From an uncultured Candidatus Saccharibacteria bacterium (lineage in GTDB: Bacteria; Patescibacteriota; Minisyncoccia; Phycocordibacterales; UBA918), in assembly GCA_964399295.1 (NCBI GenBank), contig CAYNQD010000001.1:463672-527671 (forward strand): a stretch of 64,000 nucleotides of DNA, given 5' to 3'. This document shows positions 37,795 to 48,739 of this stretch, piece by piece; position 1 is the first letter of the stretch, and each line of letters begins with the position of its first letter. The notes beneath the pieces are model-generated. The model was not told the DNA's origin. It was given only the letters and a program-made list of their open reading frames with translations, and did no database searches. The translations under genes and the position numbers were made by a program.

Positions 37795-38145
37795 TTAACG
37801 ATCCTTCGTTGACTTGATCCACCCTCCGAGCATCCTCCCTATTTCGTCAAGATTGGCTTCGATGATGATGTATTTTTTAGCATCAATCGCTTTTACATCT
37901 TTCATGAGGCGAATGCAGACTCGCAGAAAATTAAGTTTGACGCTCGTCTTCTCCAAGGTCGGCAGCTTATCTGACTTAGACTGCTGGCTTGCGAAAATTA
38001 TACCTTCTAATACATCGATTAGTAGACTTTCGCATTTTTGCCAGAGCGTGTAGCGATCTTGCTTTGGAACGGATAGGCGCAGATTATAGAAATCTTTGTA
38101 GAGATCGTAGCTCTTCTTGAAAATTGGTATATCTAAATCATTCAT
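37795..38145 (-). CDS. avd: DGR accessory variability determinant-like protein (four-helix-bundle family, TIGR02436-type)
   Basis: MNDLDIPIFKKSYDLYKDFYNLRLSVPKQDRYTLWQKCE ... EIGRMLGGWIKS matches the four-helix-bundle/Avd family. Confidence 0.7.
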   Translation of the reverse strand: MNDLDIPIFKKSYDLYKDFYNLRLSVPKQDRYTLWQKCESLLIDVLEGIIFASQQSKSDKLPTLEKTSVKLNFLRVCIRLMKDVKAIDAKKYIIIEANLDEIGRMLGGWIKSTKDR

Positions 38146-39247
<1,102 letters not shown>

Positions 39248-39297
39248 AGATTTAAGTATGACTAAATAAGAGTCTAAGACACCTAAAAATACCAGTT

Positions 39298-39373
39298 CAA
39301 GCCCATGACTGGTTCAAATTTAAGATTGCAAAATATAGCGATTTTAAGAGTCTCGATAGCTCTCACATGACTG
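39298..39373. repeat. island repeat copy C (conserved block abutting the authentic tRNA-Gln 3-prime end)
   Basis: caagcccatgactggttc..attgcaaaatatagcgattttaagagtctcgatagctctcacatgactgctg runs directly into the tRNA-Gln. Confidence 0.7.
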
Positions 39374-39444
39374 CTGCCCGACAAGGACTCGAACCTCGAT
39401 ACCATGGACCAAAACCATGTGTCCTACCATTAGACGATCGGGCA
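39374..39444 (-). tRNA. tRNA-Gln (anticodon TTG) with U1-A72 pair and G73 discriminator
   Basis: Manual fold of the minus strand: acceptor tgcccga/tcgggca, D-stem gtct/ggac, anticodon stem catgg/ccatg with loop ttTTGgt, T-loop ggttcgagtcc. Confidence 0.75.
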
Positions 39445-39564
39445 GTATTTTCTGTGCTTTTCTGCGTGTCGCCACATGCTATATGCACGGCGGCGTGCGC
39501 CCTATACCATAACATAAAACGAAAAAAAAATCAGCCCTCGCTTGTGCTCTTGCTAAAACTTTTT

Positions 39565-41655
39565 CTAAAATTTCACTACCGGCAAAAGGGCGCTAAAGGT
39601 GTCTGTCCACAACACTTCTTTTTCAATATCGTCAAATGTTTTTAAGTCTGTCAACAAGCTGTTTTCAAAAACGTCCGGCGAAGCAGCCAAAGCCGTCCAC
39701 ACCGACATCACTCCATATTTGCTGTCTTTAGCACTATCTATATAATAACGAGCGGACATGTCATTGTCTTTGGCTATTGCCTTTATGACCGGCAAAAGGT
39801 CAAGATAACGGCTGGAAATATGAACCGCCAAAACACCTTGCTCCGTTAATAACGATTTGTATAGATTTATCGCTTCTGAGGTCATCAGGTGTATGGGCAT
39901 GGCATCGTCGGCGTAAGCATCCAAAATTATAAGGTCGTATTTTGTTTCTATTTCTGATTGTTCAGCTAAGTCGTTGAAGCCAAGCCTAGCATCAGAAAGA
40001 TTTATCACCACCTGCGGACAGGATTTTATGTAGATAAAATTTTCTTTGGCCATTTTTATAATCTGCGGATCAATTTCAAAAAAAGTAAATTTATCAGACG
40101 GCAAACAATAAGCCAGCAGGCCGCCGCTTCCGAGACCAGCAATCGCAACATTAACAGCCTCCGGCCTCACTTCACGAGTGTAGGAAAACAACATCCCAAT
40201 ACCAGAAGACAGCGAGTAGTACGACACCGGCAAAATTTGCGGTTCGTCGTTTATGTAAACTTGAAAACCGTGATTTGTCATTCCATGCTTCAACAACACC
40301 ATTTCTTCCCCCTCATCATTCACCCCATCACTCAACACCGCTTTATAACCAAAAAAGTTGCGCTCCTGCGTGATGACGTTGCTTTGCGTCTTCCACAAGT
40401 AGATAGAACTACTAGCCGCGATACCAACTAAAATAACGCTAGACAAAAGCCGCAACTGAAAACGGTTCGTGACGGGAATGTAATAATCAGCGGTCTGATA
40501 CCACTTGTAAGTAATAAAAACAACACTGCCTACAAAAAGCAACATCAATTCAATTGGCATGACCAACAGATAAGAATTGAAAATTTTTATAACTAACGAA
40601 CCCAAAATACCACCAATGGAAAGAGCCACGTAAAATATAGCTAAGTGAGAAGTGGCTGGACGCAAAGCATAAAGATTTTCATGGCACCAATGATAAATAG
40701 CAAACAACACTGCATGTATAATCAGCACCGACAGCCAAACCGCAGATATTTTCATTACCACCAAAAACATAGCCAACATCACCGTAAACATCACCAATAA
40801 CTCATTAGTCCAAAACGGCAACTTAAATCTATTTTGAAAAGTAACGACAAAACTCAACAAATACAAAGCCAAAGGTCCAACCCACAAAAATGGTACCGGC
40901 GCGATAGCCGTCGTCATAAAACTAGTGCCCGCTAGCATCGCCATGACCGGCACAGCGGCAATTCCTGTCCAGACGAGAAAGTCGCGCTTGGCAGGAACAG
41001 GAATTGCCGCTGTGCCTTCCGCTGCCGCCACCGAACGCTTCTGAAAAAGAATCAATATGTACAATATAAAAAGCAAAAGCCCGACATAAGTAATAAATCC
41101 ATACGTCCACCACTGCCCTTGCGCGTAGGTCGAGAAGAAACGCTCAAAGAATAAAGGGTAACTCAAAAGCCCCAAAAGCGAACCAATATTAGAAATACCA
41201 TATAAAGAAAAAGGCTCCCGTCCGGAAAGTTTGCCATACCACAATTGCAAAAGCGTGCTTGAAGAAGACAAAAGCACAAACGGCAAACCGATGGTTATAA
41301 TCAGAGTCTTAAATACCGCCACCGCCGGATCAGAAAGACTGAGCGTCAAATCACTGATATTTGGCGTAATGGCTGACGGCCAATTGTTGACATTTTCTTT
41401 GATGAAAACAACGGTACAGATGATAACGGCAATATGCGTAATCGCCTGATACCAAATTCGCAATCGGGAAAGCAGCTGGGCGTAGATGTAGCCACAAGCC
41501 AAAGCTACCATGAAAAACAACATGGCCGTTATCCAAACCGCCGAACTGCCGCCAAACCAAGGCAAAATATGCTTACCAATCAAGGGCTGTACCTGAAAGA
41601 GCAAAAATGAACTCAGGAAAATTGTAACGGAAAAAAGAAAGTACAGCGGGTTCAT
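39565..41655 (-). CDS. fused membrane-domain/spermidine-synthase-like protein (polyamine aminopropyltransferase family)
   Basis: Multi-TM N-terminal region typical of the fused family (MNPLYFLFSVTIFLSSFLLFQVQPLIGKHILPWFGGSSAVW). C-terminal class-I SAM-fold spermidine synthase motifs (GLGSGG..; IILDAYADD). Confidence 0.6.
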   Translation of the reverse strand: MNPLYFLFSVTIFLSSFLLFQVQPLIGKHILPWFGGSSAVWITAMLFFMVALACGYIYAQLLSRLRIWYQAITHIAVIICTVVFIKENVNNWPSAITPNISDLTLSLSDPAVAVFKTLIITIGLPFVLLSSSSTLLQLWYGKLSGREPFSLYGISNIGSLLGLLSYPLFFERFFSTYAQGQWWTYGFITYVGLLLFILYILILFQKRSVAAAEGTAAIPVPAKRDFLVWTGIAAVPVMAMLAGTSFMTTAIAPVPFLWVGPLALYLLSFVVTFQNRFKLPFWTNELLVMFTVMLAMFLVVMKISAVWLSVLIIHAVLFAIYHWCHENLYALRPATSHLAIFYVALSIGGILGSLVIKIFNSYLLVMPIELMLLFVGSVVFITYKWYQTADYYIPVTNRFQLRLLSSVILVGIAASSSIYLWKTQSNVITQERNFFGYKAVLSDGVNDEGEEMVLLKHGMTNHGFQVYINDEPQILPVSYYSLSSGIGMLFSYTREVRPEAVNVAIAGLGSGGLLAYCLPSDKFTFFEIDPQIIKMAKENFIYIKSCPQVVINLSDARLGFNDLAEQSEIETKYDLIILDAYADDAMPIHLMTSEAINLYKSLLTEQGVLAVHISSRYLDLLPVIKAIAKDNDMSARYYIDSAKDSKYGVMSVWTALAASPDVFENSLLTDLKTFDDIEKEVLWTDTFSALLPVVKF

Positions 41656-41667
41656 AGGCAGCTTTTA

Positions 41668-43341
41668 CTAATGATGATTTTCGTAAGCGGCTTTTACAAA
41701 AGCGTTAAAAAGCGGATGTGGTGCCAGCGGCCTGGCCACTAATTCCGGATGAAACTGCACGCCCACAAAAAAAGGATGCGTTTCCGGGGGCAGTTCCATA
41801 ATTTCCATCAAGCGTCCATCGCGAGAAGTACCCGAGAAAACAATCCCCGCGCCGTCTAGCTTAGCGATATACTCCGGATTTACCTCATAGCGATGACGAT
41901 GCCTTTCGGCAATGACTTCCTTTTTATAAGCTTTATAGGCGTGTGAATTCTTTTTTAGAATTGCTTCATACTCGCCCAAGCGCATGGTGCCACCCATTTT
42001 TTTAGTCGCCAAATTTTCTTTTTGATCGGGCATGATGTCAATCACCAAATGCTCAGCCTCAGGATCAATTTCCGCCGCACTGACATTTTTTAATTTCAAA
42101 ACATTACGCGCAAATTCCAAAACCGCCAATTGCATACCGTAACAAATTCCAAAATAAGGAATTTTTTGTTTGCGGACAAATTCAATCACTTTTAATTTTT
42201 CATCAATTCCAGTCTTGCCAAAACCCCCAGGCACCAAAACCCCGTCAAATTTTTTCAACTCTTTTAATTTTTTACCATCAGAAAAATCACTGGTTGATAA
42301 ATAGGTAATCTTCGGTGTTAGGTTTAGCGAGTAGGCGGAATATTTGATCGCTTCCAACACCGATAAATAAACATCAGACAGCATAAAATCTCCGGACTGA
42401 AAATATTTACCGATGACGGCAATCTTCACTTCATCACTACCCTTTTTTGACTTTTCCACAAATTGCTTCCAAGCTTTCAAATCAGCTGGTTTCTTTACTG
42501 GCAGATTTATCAGCTCGCAAAGTTTTTTGGAGAAATTATCAGCTTCAAAATTAAGAGGTATTTCGTAAATATTATCGACATCAGGGGCGGAAATTACATT
42601 TTCTTTCCTGACGTTGCAAAAAGTAGCAATTTTGGTTTTGCGTTTTTCGTCGATACCGACAGGACTGCGCGCAATAATCATATCCGCAAAGACACCAGTG
42701 GCGTTTAAAGCTCTGACCGCGCTTTGGGTGGGCTTGGTTTTCATTTCACCAATACTGCCAGGGACAGGCAAATAACTCACCATCACCGTCACGACATCAT
42801 TTGGAGTTTCTGTTTTCATCATTCTGATCGCTTCCAAAAAAAGAATATTTTGGTATTCGCCGACAGTTCCCCCCACCTCAACCAAAACCACATCAGCCTC
42901 AGCCACCTCTCCGGCTTTTTTTATTCTGCTAATGACTTCAAGCGGAATGTCCGGCACCACCTCAACGTTTTTTCCTTGATATTCAAGATTGCGTTCTTTT
43001 TGAATTACGGAAAGATACACGCTTCCTGTCGTCATGTAATTTATAGACGGTAAATCCTGATTTAAAAATCTTTCGTAATTGCCCATGTCCTGGTCGGTTT
43101 CCAGGCCGTCCTTAAGCACAAAAACTTCACCGTGTTCGGTTGGATTCATTGTGCCGGCATCGACATTGATGTACGGGTCAATCTTCATCGCCGTCACGGA
43201 CAATCCCCGAGCTTTCAGCAAAACCGCGACTGAAGAAGAGGTGATACCTTTACCAACACCACTCATCACTCCACCCACAATAAAGATATACTTGGTGGCT
43301 GTTTTTGAGCCGTTCTTTTTTCTATTTCCTACCCCAGCCAT
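41668..43341 (-). CDS. pyrG: CTP synthase
   Basis: N-terminal synthetase P-loop (KYIFIVGGVMSGVGKGITSSS) and C-terminal glutamine amidotransferase (GICYGMQLAV; H-E dyad region). Confidence 0.9.
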   Translation of the reverse strand: MAGVGNRKKNGSKTATKYIFIVGGVMSGVGKGITSSSVAVLLKARGLSVTAMKIDPYINVDAGTMNPTEHGEVFVLKDGLETDQDMGNYERFLNQDLPSINYMTTGSVYLSVIQKERNLEYQGKNVEVVPDIPLEVISRIKKAGEVAEADVVLVEVGGTVGEYQNILFLEAIRMMKTETPNDVVTVMVSYLPVPGSIGEMKTKPTQSAVRALNATGVFADMIIARSPVGIDEKRKTKIATFCNVRKENVISAPDVDNIYEIPLNFEADNFSKKLCELINLPVKKPADLKAWKQFVEKSKKGSDEVKIAVIGKYFQSGDFMLSDVYLSVLEAIKYSAYSLNLTPKITYLSTSDFSDGKKLKELKKFDGVLVPGGFGKTGIDEKLKVIEFVRKQKIPYFGICYGMQLAVLEFARNVLKLKNVSAAEIDPEAEHLVIDIMPDQKENLATKKMGGTMRLGEYEAILKKNSHAYKAYKKEVIAERHRHRYEVNPEYIAKLDGAGIVFSGTSRDGRLMEIMELPPETHPFFVGVQFHPELVARPLAPHPLFNAFVKAAYENHH

Positions 43342-43345
43342 AGAT

Positions 43346-44269
43346 TTAAACTCGAAGATAACGCGCTATCGCCAAGATACTAGACAGCAGCCCGAGGACA
43401 ATACCAATTCCCACCAGCGTCAAGAATATGCTGCCGAAATTATTTATAAAGTATGTAAGCAAATTAAAACCATCAAAAAATTCTTCGGCTCGCGGCCCCA
43501 GCCAAGCCACCAAAGGATACAGAATCAAGATAGCAAACACCCCCGCTACTAGCCCATACATCAGACCTTGCACCATGAAAGGGCCGCGAATAAACATATT
43601 GGAAGCTCCCACCAAACGCATAATTGATATTTCTTCCCGTGCTGTATAAATCGCCAAGCGAATGGTATTGAAAGTAATTAAAACTGCCACGATTATTAAG
43701 GCTATCATGATAGCGAAACTGGCTTTTTCCACAGTATCAATAATCGCCGTTAACGTATCTATAGACTCCTTGTTGTCATTATAATTTATTTTGCTGATGA
43801 CTTGTGACTGGACAGAAGTCGCCGCTCTTTTTTCTTCCAAAAATCTGGAAATGCCTTCGTACTGTGAAATTTCCTTAGCTTGAATAGCGATATCTGCCTC
43901 CAGAGGATTTTCGTCCAGTTCGGCGAGAGCTTGTAATGAAATTTCATCATTTCGGTTTTTCTCACGATACTTTATCAGGGCCTCTTCGCGAGAGGTGTAG
44001 ACAACGGAAGAAACTTCCGGCAGAGCTTCTATCTCGGCTTTGATAGCGTTGATTTCATCTTGAGTGGCCGTGGTTTCAAAATAAACATTGATGTCAACCT
44101 TGCTTTGTATGGTTTGGAGTGAAGTGACTAGCAATTGGTCGATAAACATTGTTGAGCCAATCACAAACAAAGTGACGGTAATAACAAATATCGAAGCCAA
44201 CGAAACATAAGCACTACGCCAAAAACCGACAAACCCCGCTCTTGTGATCCTACGAATTGCTGTCAACAT
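43346..44269 (-). CDS. ftsX: cell division permease FtsX
   Basis: FtsX-like four-TM architecture and C-terminal conserved block (RLVGASNMFIRGPF). Confidence 0.75.
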   Translation of the reverse strand: MLTAIRRITRAGFVGFWRSAYVSLASIFVITVTLFVIGSTMFIDQLLVTSLQTIQSKVDINVYFETTATQDEINAIKAEIEALPEVSSVVYTSREEALIKYREKNRNDEISLQALAELDENPLEADIAIQAKEISQYEGISRFLEEKRAATSVQSQVISKINYNDNKESIDTLTAIIDTVEKASFAIMIALIIVAVLITFNTIRLAIYTAREEISIMRLVGASNMFIRGPFMVQGLMYGLVAGVFAILILYPLVAWLGPRAEEFFDGFNLLTYFINNFGSIFLTLVGIGIVLGLLSSILAIARYLRV

Positions 44270-44278
44270 AAAGAACTA

Positions 44279-44968
44279 TTATAGAACATATTTACCATTA
44301 ACATCATCCCGTACAATCCGACCTTCGTCCATGGTGATTACCCGACGACCAAGCTCATCTATTACGCCTTTGTTGTGCGTGGTCATGATGACTGTTGTGC
44401 CTAGGTCGTTAATTTTTCGTAAAATCTGCACCACTTCGTAAGTAGCGATCGGGTCGAGATTGCCGGTTGGTTCATCAGCGACGATAATATCAGGCTGATT
44501 GACAATTGCTCTGGCAATCGCCACTCGCTGTTTTTCGCCACCGGAAAGCTCGCTGGGAAAATTCCAAGCCTTGGCATCCAAATCCACCAAAGACAAAGCT
44601 TGCGGTACATTTTCGGCGATTTCTTCATCAGTACGGCCATTGGCTTCCATGGCAAAAGCGATATTTTCGTAGGCGGTTTTGTTGGCTAGAAGTTTGAAGT
44701 CTTGAAAAACGGTGCCGATTTTGCGACGGTAATGCGGCAACTTTGTACGCGGAATACGATGCACATCTACAGATTCAAAAAATACCTGTCCTTGGCTGGG
44801 CTTATCTTCGGCGATAATCATTTTTAGAAGCGTGGTTTTACCGGCTCCCGAATGACCGACTATTGAGACAAATTCCTTGGGCGCAACTTGAAAGGTTATC
44901 TCTTGCAAAGCAGTCGAGCGACCGTCGTCGTAGAGTTTATAAACATTATCAAAGTAAATCATAAGCAA
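44279..44968 (-). CDS. ftsE: cell division ATP-binding protein FtsE
   Basis: ABC ATPase Walker A GHSGAGKTT, signature LSGGEKQRVAIARA, Walker B IIVADEPTGNLD. Confidence 0.85.
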   Translation of the reverse strand: MLMIYFDNVYKLYDDGRSTALQEITFQVAPKEFVSIVGHSGAGKTTLLKMIIAEDKPSQGQVFFESVDVHRIPRTKLPHYRRKIGTVFQDFKLLANKTAYENIAFAMEANGRTDEEIAENVPQALSLVDLDAKAWNFPSELSGGEKQRVAIARAIVNQPDIIVADEPTGNLDPIATYEVVQILRKINDLGTTVIMTTHNKGVIDELGRRVITMDEGRIVRDDVNGKYVL

Positions 44969-44980
44969 TATTATATCACA

Positions 44981-45883
44981 CTACCGACTGATGTTCGATT
45001 TAATTATAAACGGTTCAATATCTCCTTTAAGCACGCGCTCAATATCCCTCACCTCCACGCCCGTGCGGTGGTCTTTTACTAATTGATAAGGATGAAGGAC
45101 GTAGGAACGAATCTGGCTACCCCATTCTATTTTTACGCTTTTCTCCACCGACAAACCCTGCAATTCTCTTTCTCTTTGCGCTTCGTAAAAAGCAAATAAT
45201 TTTCCGGCCAAGAGAGTCAATCCCCGTTCACGATTTTGCTGCTGCGAACGCTCCGACGAAATATTAACGGAGATGCCGGTAGGCTTGTGGACAATCCGAA
45301 CAGCGGTTTCTCTTTTGTTTACGTTTTGTCCGCCCGCGCCTCCGGCGCGGGCAAAGCTCACCTCAATTTCATCCTCTTTCAACTCCACGGTACTGGTGTC
45401 ATCAATCCGCGGCGACACCTCGACCAACACAAAAGAAGTTTGTCTCTTGCCATTGCTATTGAAGGGAGAAATCCTAACCAAACGATGCACCCCCGACTCC
45501 TGCCGCAAAATCCCATAAGCTTCCTTTCCTTGAATCTCCAGCGTGATGTTGCGGTAACCGTTGTGGTCGTTGGTGTTGCTGTCGATTACAATTATTTCCC
45601 AATTTTTTAGCGCGCAAAATCCCTGATACATTTCCACCAACATCCGCGCAAAATCTTCAGCATCATCACCGCCCGCGCCAGCTACTATTGTTACAACGGC
45701 GTTATTTTTATCGTACTTGCCTTTTCCCTGTGCCGCATCTTTTAGTTCTTGCAATTCTTTAATCATCGCCTGAGCGGTCTTGGGATCATTCCAAAATGTC
45801 GACTGAAGCATAGCTTTTTCAATCTCATCAATCCGCGCTCGTGAATCTGACATATCCAACGAGTATAACAAAAAACTACACAA
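44981..45883 (-). CDS. prfB: peptide chain release factor 2 (short N-terminus; probable start at internal ATG about 45853)
   Basis: SPF tripeptide ([14 protein letters not shown]) and GGQ motif ([18 protein letters not shown]). Confidence 0.8.
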   Translation of the reverse strand: MCSFLLYSLDMSDSRARIDEIEKAMLQSTFWNDPKTAQAMIKELQELKDAAQGKGKYDKNNAVVTIVAGAGGDDAEDFARMLVEMYQGFCALKNWEIIVIDSNTNDHNGYRNITLEIQGKEAYGILRQESGVHRLVRISPFNSNGKRQTSFVLVEVSPRIDDTSTVELKEDEIEVSFARAGGAGGQNVNKRETAVRIVHKPTGISVNISSERSQQQNRERGLTLLAGKLFAFYEAQRERELQGLSVEKSVKIEWGSQIRSYVLHPYQLVKDHRTGVEVRDIERVLKGDIEPFIIKSNISR

Positions 45884-45957
45884 CTATAAACAAAACCACT
45901 CAATCAACAAAAATCCCTACACGAATTACTGTGTAGGGTATAAGCGGAAAAATCATA

Positions 45958-46341
45958 TTAACCTCGGATATTATCCACCATATCCAAGGTATCGGCCTCG
46001 TCAATAAGTAGGTCTACCTCATGACCAATATCGGCCAGTTCCCTTTCTATTTCCGACAAATTCTCGTCGGAAATACTGGGGACTTGAGAAAGTTTTTCTA
46101 AAAGAATAATTCTTTTGAAAATAGTCTTATCTTCCCCGGAAGTCCCCCGGATCACCCTTCCGAGACGACTTTTTTCACCAAAGATTCTCATTTTCCTGAC
46201 AAATATTATCGTCTCCCAAATAATAGCGGCTACGGCAACCGATATTATTGTTAAGAAAAAAGCCACCTTACTTAACCCTAAAAACAAACTAGGGATGAGG
46301 GCGACCACAAAAAATAAGGTCCATTTAGTTCTAGTATTCAT
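45958..46341 (-). CDS. hypothetical membrane protein (127 aa)
   Basis: Two TM helices, acidic tail. Confidence 0.4.
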   Translation of the reverse strand: MNTRTKWTLFFVVALIPSLFLGLSKVAFFLTIISVAVAAIIWETIIFVRKMRIFGEKSRLGRVIRGTSGEDKTIFKRIILLEKLSQVPSISDENLSEIERELADIGHEVDLLIDEADTLDMVDNIRG

Positions 46342-46433
46342 TTTTCTTCTCCTTTTAAAATGAATTTTTTCAAAAAACTGCTAATCTCAATAGTGGCAGT
46401 TTTTTAGAAACAAGTCAACACCAATTCTTTTTT

Positions 46434-46509
46434 TGGAGCCAATGTCCGGGATCGAACCGGAGACCTCGTCCTTACCATGGACGCGCTCTACCTACTGAGC
46501 TACATTGGC
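46434..46509 (-). tRNA. tRNA-Thr (anticodon GGT), CCA encoded
   Basis: Minus strand GCCAATGTAGCTCAGTAGGTAGAGCGCGTCCATGGTAAGGACGAGGTCTCCGGTTCGATCCCGGACATTGGCTCCA. Confidence 0.75.
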
Positions 46510-46635
46510 AAAAACCGCCAACGCCTTATCCTACCAAAAAACTACCTAAACGCAAAATAAATGTTTCAAACTTGTTTTTTAGAACTCTTCCCCTTTATCG
46601 CTGACAGCTTACGGGCACACCGCAAGCCGAGTAAA

Positions 46636-46690
46636 GCAAAGTTTTGGTAAAGAAAAACATCCCGCTCATAGGGATGTTTTTCTTTACCAA
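46636..46690. terminator. 18-bp-stem palindrome (ggtaaagaaaaacatccc-gctcata-gggatgtttttctttacc)
   Basis: Read directly; lies between tRNA-Asp and tRNA-Thr. Confidence 0.6.
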
Positions 46691-46691
46691 C

Positions 46692-46767
46692 TGCGCGGTA
46701 GACGGGACTCGAACCCGCAACCTCCCGCGTGACAGGCGGGTGCTCTAACCAGTTGAGCTACCACCGC
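46692..46767 (-). tRNA. tRNA-Asp (anticodon GTC)
   Basis: Minus strand GCGGTGGTAGCTCAACTGGTTAGAGCACCCGCCTGTCACGCGGGAGGTTGCGGGTTCGAGTCCCGTCTACCGCG(CA). Confidence 0.75.
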
Positions 46768-46858
46768 AGTAGACAAACCTTGTAAGGACTCGCTTTTTTA
46801 GCAGGCCAAGTTTGTGCTGTGCATTATACATGATTTTATATATTTTCAAAGGGGGTTT

Positions 46859-46935
46859 TGGTGTCGATGGGAGGGAACGATCCTCCGACCTTAGCTTTAT
46901 GAGTGCTACGCTCTAACCAACTGAGCTACATCGAC
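46859..46935 (-). tRNA. tRNA-Met (anticodon CAT; elongator or Ile-lysidine type)
   Basis: Minus strand GTCGATGTAGCTCAGTTGGTTAGAGCGTAGCACTCATAAAGCTAAGGTCGGAGGATCGTTCCCTCCCATCGACACCA. Confidence 0.7.
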
Positions 46936-47007
46936 AGTAAGGAAAGGTTACTACATTTCGACATTTTTTTCAATTTTAATTGAGGTGGGAGTTTTAAGTC
47001 TGATTGG

Positions 47008-47046
47008 GGAGTAGGGGGGGGGGGCGCCTTCGGCGCCCCCCTACTC
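47008..47046. terminator. GC-rich hairpin containing an 11-nt G homopolymer (gagtaggggggggggg cgcc ttcg ggcg cccccctactc)
   Basis: Immediately downstream of the stop of the nucleotidyltransferase gene at 47050. Confidence 0.6.
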
Positions 47047-47049
47047 ACA

Positions 47050-47730
47050 TCACCTCGGACAAAGCCGCGCCTCCGCTTTAGCAATATCCTCCACTCGCCC
47101 AATCGGCAACCACAAATCTTGCGGTACCACCACGACCGAATGTTCCCGCGCGAATTGGGTAATCATATCCGTTATGTAGATTTCCCCACTAGCCGACCGT
47201 TCCGCCGTATAGGAAAAAATATCCATATCCATGACCATGCCGCCAATATTGATGAGATTGGAAAGCGGTACTACCGGCTTTTCTTCAATGGCTTTTAGAG
47301 TGCCATCGGGATTTATTATCAACACCCCAAAATTTTGCGGTTCATCCGACCAAGCCGACAAAATAGCGTAAGGATGCGAAACGACCGTTGCCAAAGCCTC
47401 ATGGCCATGAATATCGTCAGCGTACATAAAAAGAAACCGCCCCCGCAAATACGGTCGCGCGCAAAGCAAAGCCTCCCCCGTACCACCGGCCGCGTTTTCC
47501 TGCCGCACATATCGCACCCGCCTCCCGCCAAATTCCTCACCACAATATTCTCTTATCTGTTCCTCCAGATAATTAACCACCAAAATAATCTCATCCACCA
47601 CGTCCGGCAAGGCCGCCACAATGTACTGAAGCAAGGTTCGACCACAGACTTTTATCAGAGGCTTGGGCGTATCCTCAGTCAAAGGCCGCAGACGCGTCCC
47701 CTTACCCGCGGCCAAAATTACACATTGCAT
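47050..47730 (-). CDS. sugar-phosphate nucleotidyltransferase (NTP_transferase family), paralog 1
   Basis: MQCVILAAGKGTRLRPLTEDTPKPLIKV N-terminal pyrophosphorylase motif. Confidence 0.7.
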   Translation of the reverse strand: MQCVILAAGKGTRLRPLTEDTPKPLIKVCGRTLLQYIVAALPDVVDEIILVVNYLEEQIREYCGEEFGGRRVRYVRQENAAGGTGEALLCARPYLRGRFLFMYADDIHGHEALATVVSHPYAILSAWSDEPQNFGVLIINPDGTLKAIEEKPVVPLSNLINIGGMVMDMDIFSYTAERSASGEIYITDMITQFAREHSVVVVPQDLWLPIGRVEDIAKAEARLCPR

Positions 47731-47736
47731 AAAAAT

Positions 47737-48420
47737 CTAAGGTAAATGAAGACGAATTTTTTGCTCGGCTCTTTCTATGTCTTCAGGATAACCGATAGCC
47801 AACCACAAATTTTCCTCCACCACCGCAATCGGATACTGCTCTTTGTAGCGCATAATAATTTCCGGCATGAAGTATTCGCCGTTTATGGGTGACTCCGGTG
47901 GAAAATTGAAAATGTTTTGATCCAAGACCATCGGGCCGGTAGCCACCAGATTGGAAGACGGTGAAGACGGTTTTTCGATCATTTCCGCAATAGTGCCATC
48001 CGGATTGCGTACCACCACCCCAAAACGCTCCGGCGTATCACTAGTAGTGGCCAAAATCGAGCGACTATAAGACACCGCGCGCGCCAAATCGTCACGACCG
48101 TGAATGTCATCAGCAAACATAAAAAGAAATCGACCTTTCACCAAATCTTTGGCCAGCCACAGAGCTTTGGCCGGGCCATTGATTTCGGTCTGTTCGATAT
48201 AAGTCACCGGCCGGCCATGAAAATGGTCACCACAATAATCTTTTATCGCCTCTCCCTTATAACCAACCACAATAATCAGCTCCTTAACCGCGCTCGGCAA
48301 AGCCTCAACAATATGATCGAGTAAAGTCTTATTATTAACTGTTACCAAAGGTTTGGGGATTGTTTCCGTAAGCGGCATCAGTCTTGTCCCCTTGCCGGCC
48401 GCCAAAATCACGCATTGCAT
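47737..48420 (-). CDS. sugar-phosphate nucleotidyltransferase (NTP_transferase family), paralog 2
   Basis: MQCVILAAGKGTRLMPLTETIPKPLVTV; tandem paralog of the preceding gene. Confidence 0.7.
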   Translation of the reverse strand: MQCVILAAGKGTRLMPLTETIPKPLVTVNNKTLLDHIVEALPSAVKELIIVVGYKGEAIKDYCGDHFHGRPVTYIEQTEINGPAKALWLAKDLVKGRFLFMFADDIHGRDDLARAVSYSRSILATTSDTPERFGVVVRNPDGTIAEMIEKPSSPSSNLVATGPMVLDQNIFNFPPESPINGEYFMPEIIMRYKEQYPIAVVEENLWLAIGYPEDIERAEQKIRLHLP

Positions 48421-48561
48421 ATTCCTAATGAATATAAACCTTTGGTCAAAAATAGCAAGTCTGGGGTGTGTCTATTACAGCGACTTAGGCCTAGAAATAC
48501 AAAATCTTTTAACAAACACAAACTCAAACTCACTTCCTACACAACAGCCCATCTCAATTGT

Positions 48562-48630
48562 TGCGGAGCCCGGAATCGAACCGGGGTCTGGAGGTTATGA
48601 GCCTCCCGAGGTACCTCTCCTCTACCCCGC
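48562..48630 (-). tRNA. tRNA-like gene with CAT anticodon, non-canonical short structure
   Basis: Minus strand GCGGGGTAGAGGAGAGGTACCTCGGGAGGCTCATAACCTCCAGACCCCGGTTCGATTCCGGGCTCCGCA. Clear anticodon arm (ggagg/cctcc, loop ctCATaa) and T-loop; acceptor pairing requires a 4-bp T-stem and a short D-arm. Confidence 0.45.
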
Positions 48631-48739
48631 TGTATTTATAATTTATAAATAATTTATATTATGAAATTTATCTAAATGAGTTGCTTTTAGATACACTTCC
48701 AATCCCCTAATAGTACATCATTTTTTGCATTAGCGCAAA

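Noticed and set aside
44981-45960. Programmed +1 frameshift in prfB
   Set aside because: I looked for the CTT-TGA-C shift site and an upstream short ORF. An in-frame TAG immediately precedes the TTG/ATG start and no RF2-like N-terminal frame exists upstream. This RF2 appears simply to lack the N-terminal ~25 residues rather than use frameshifting.
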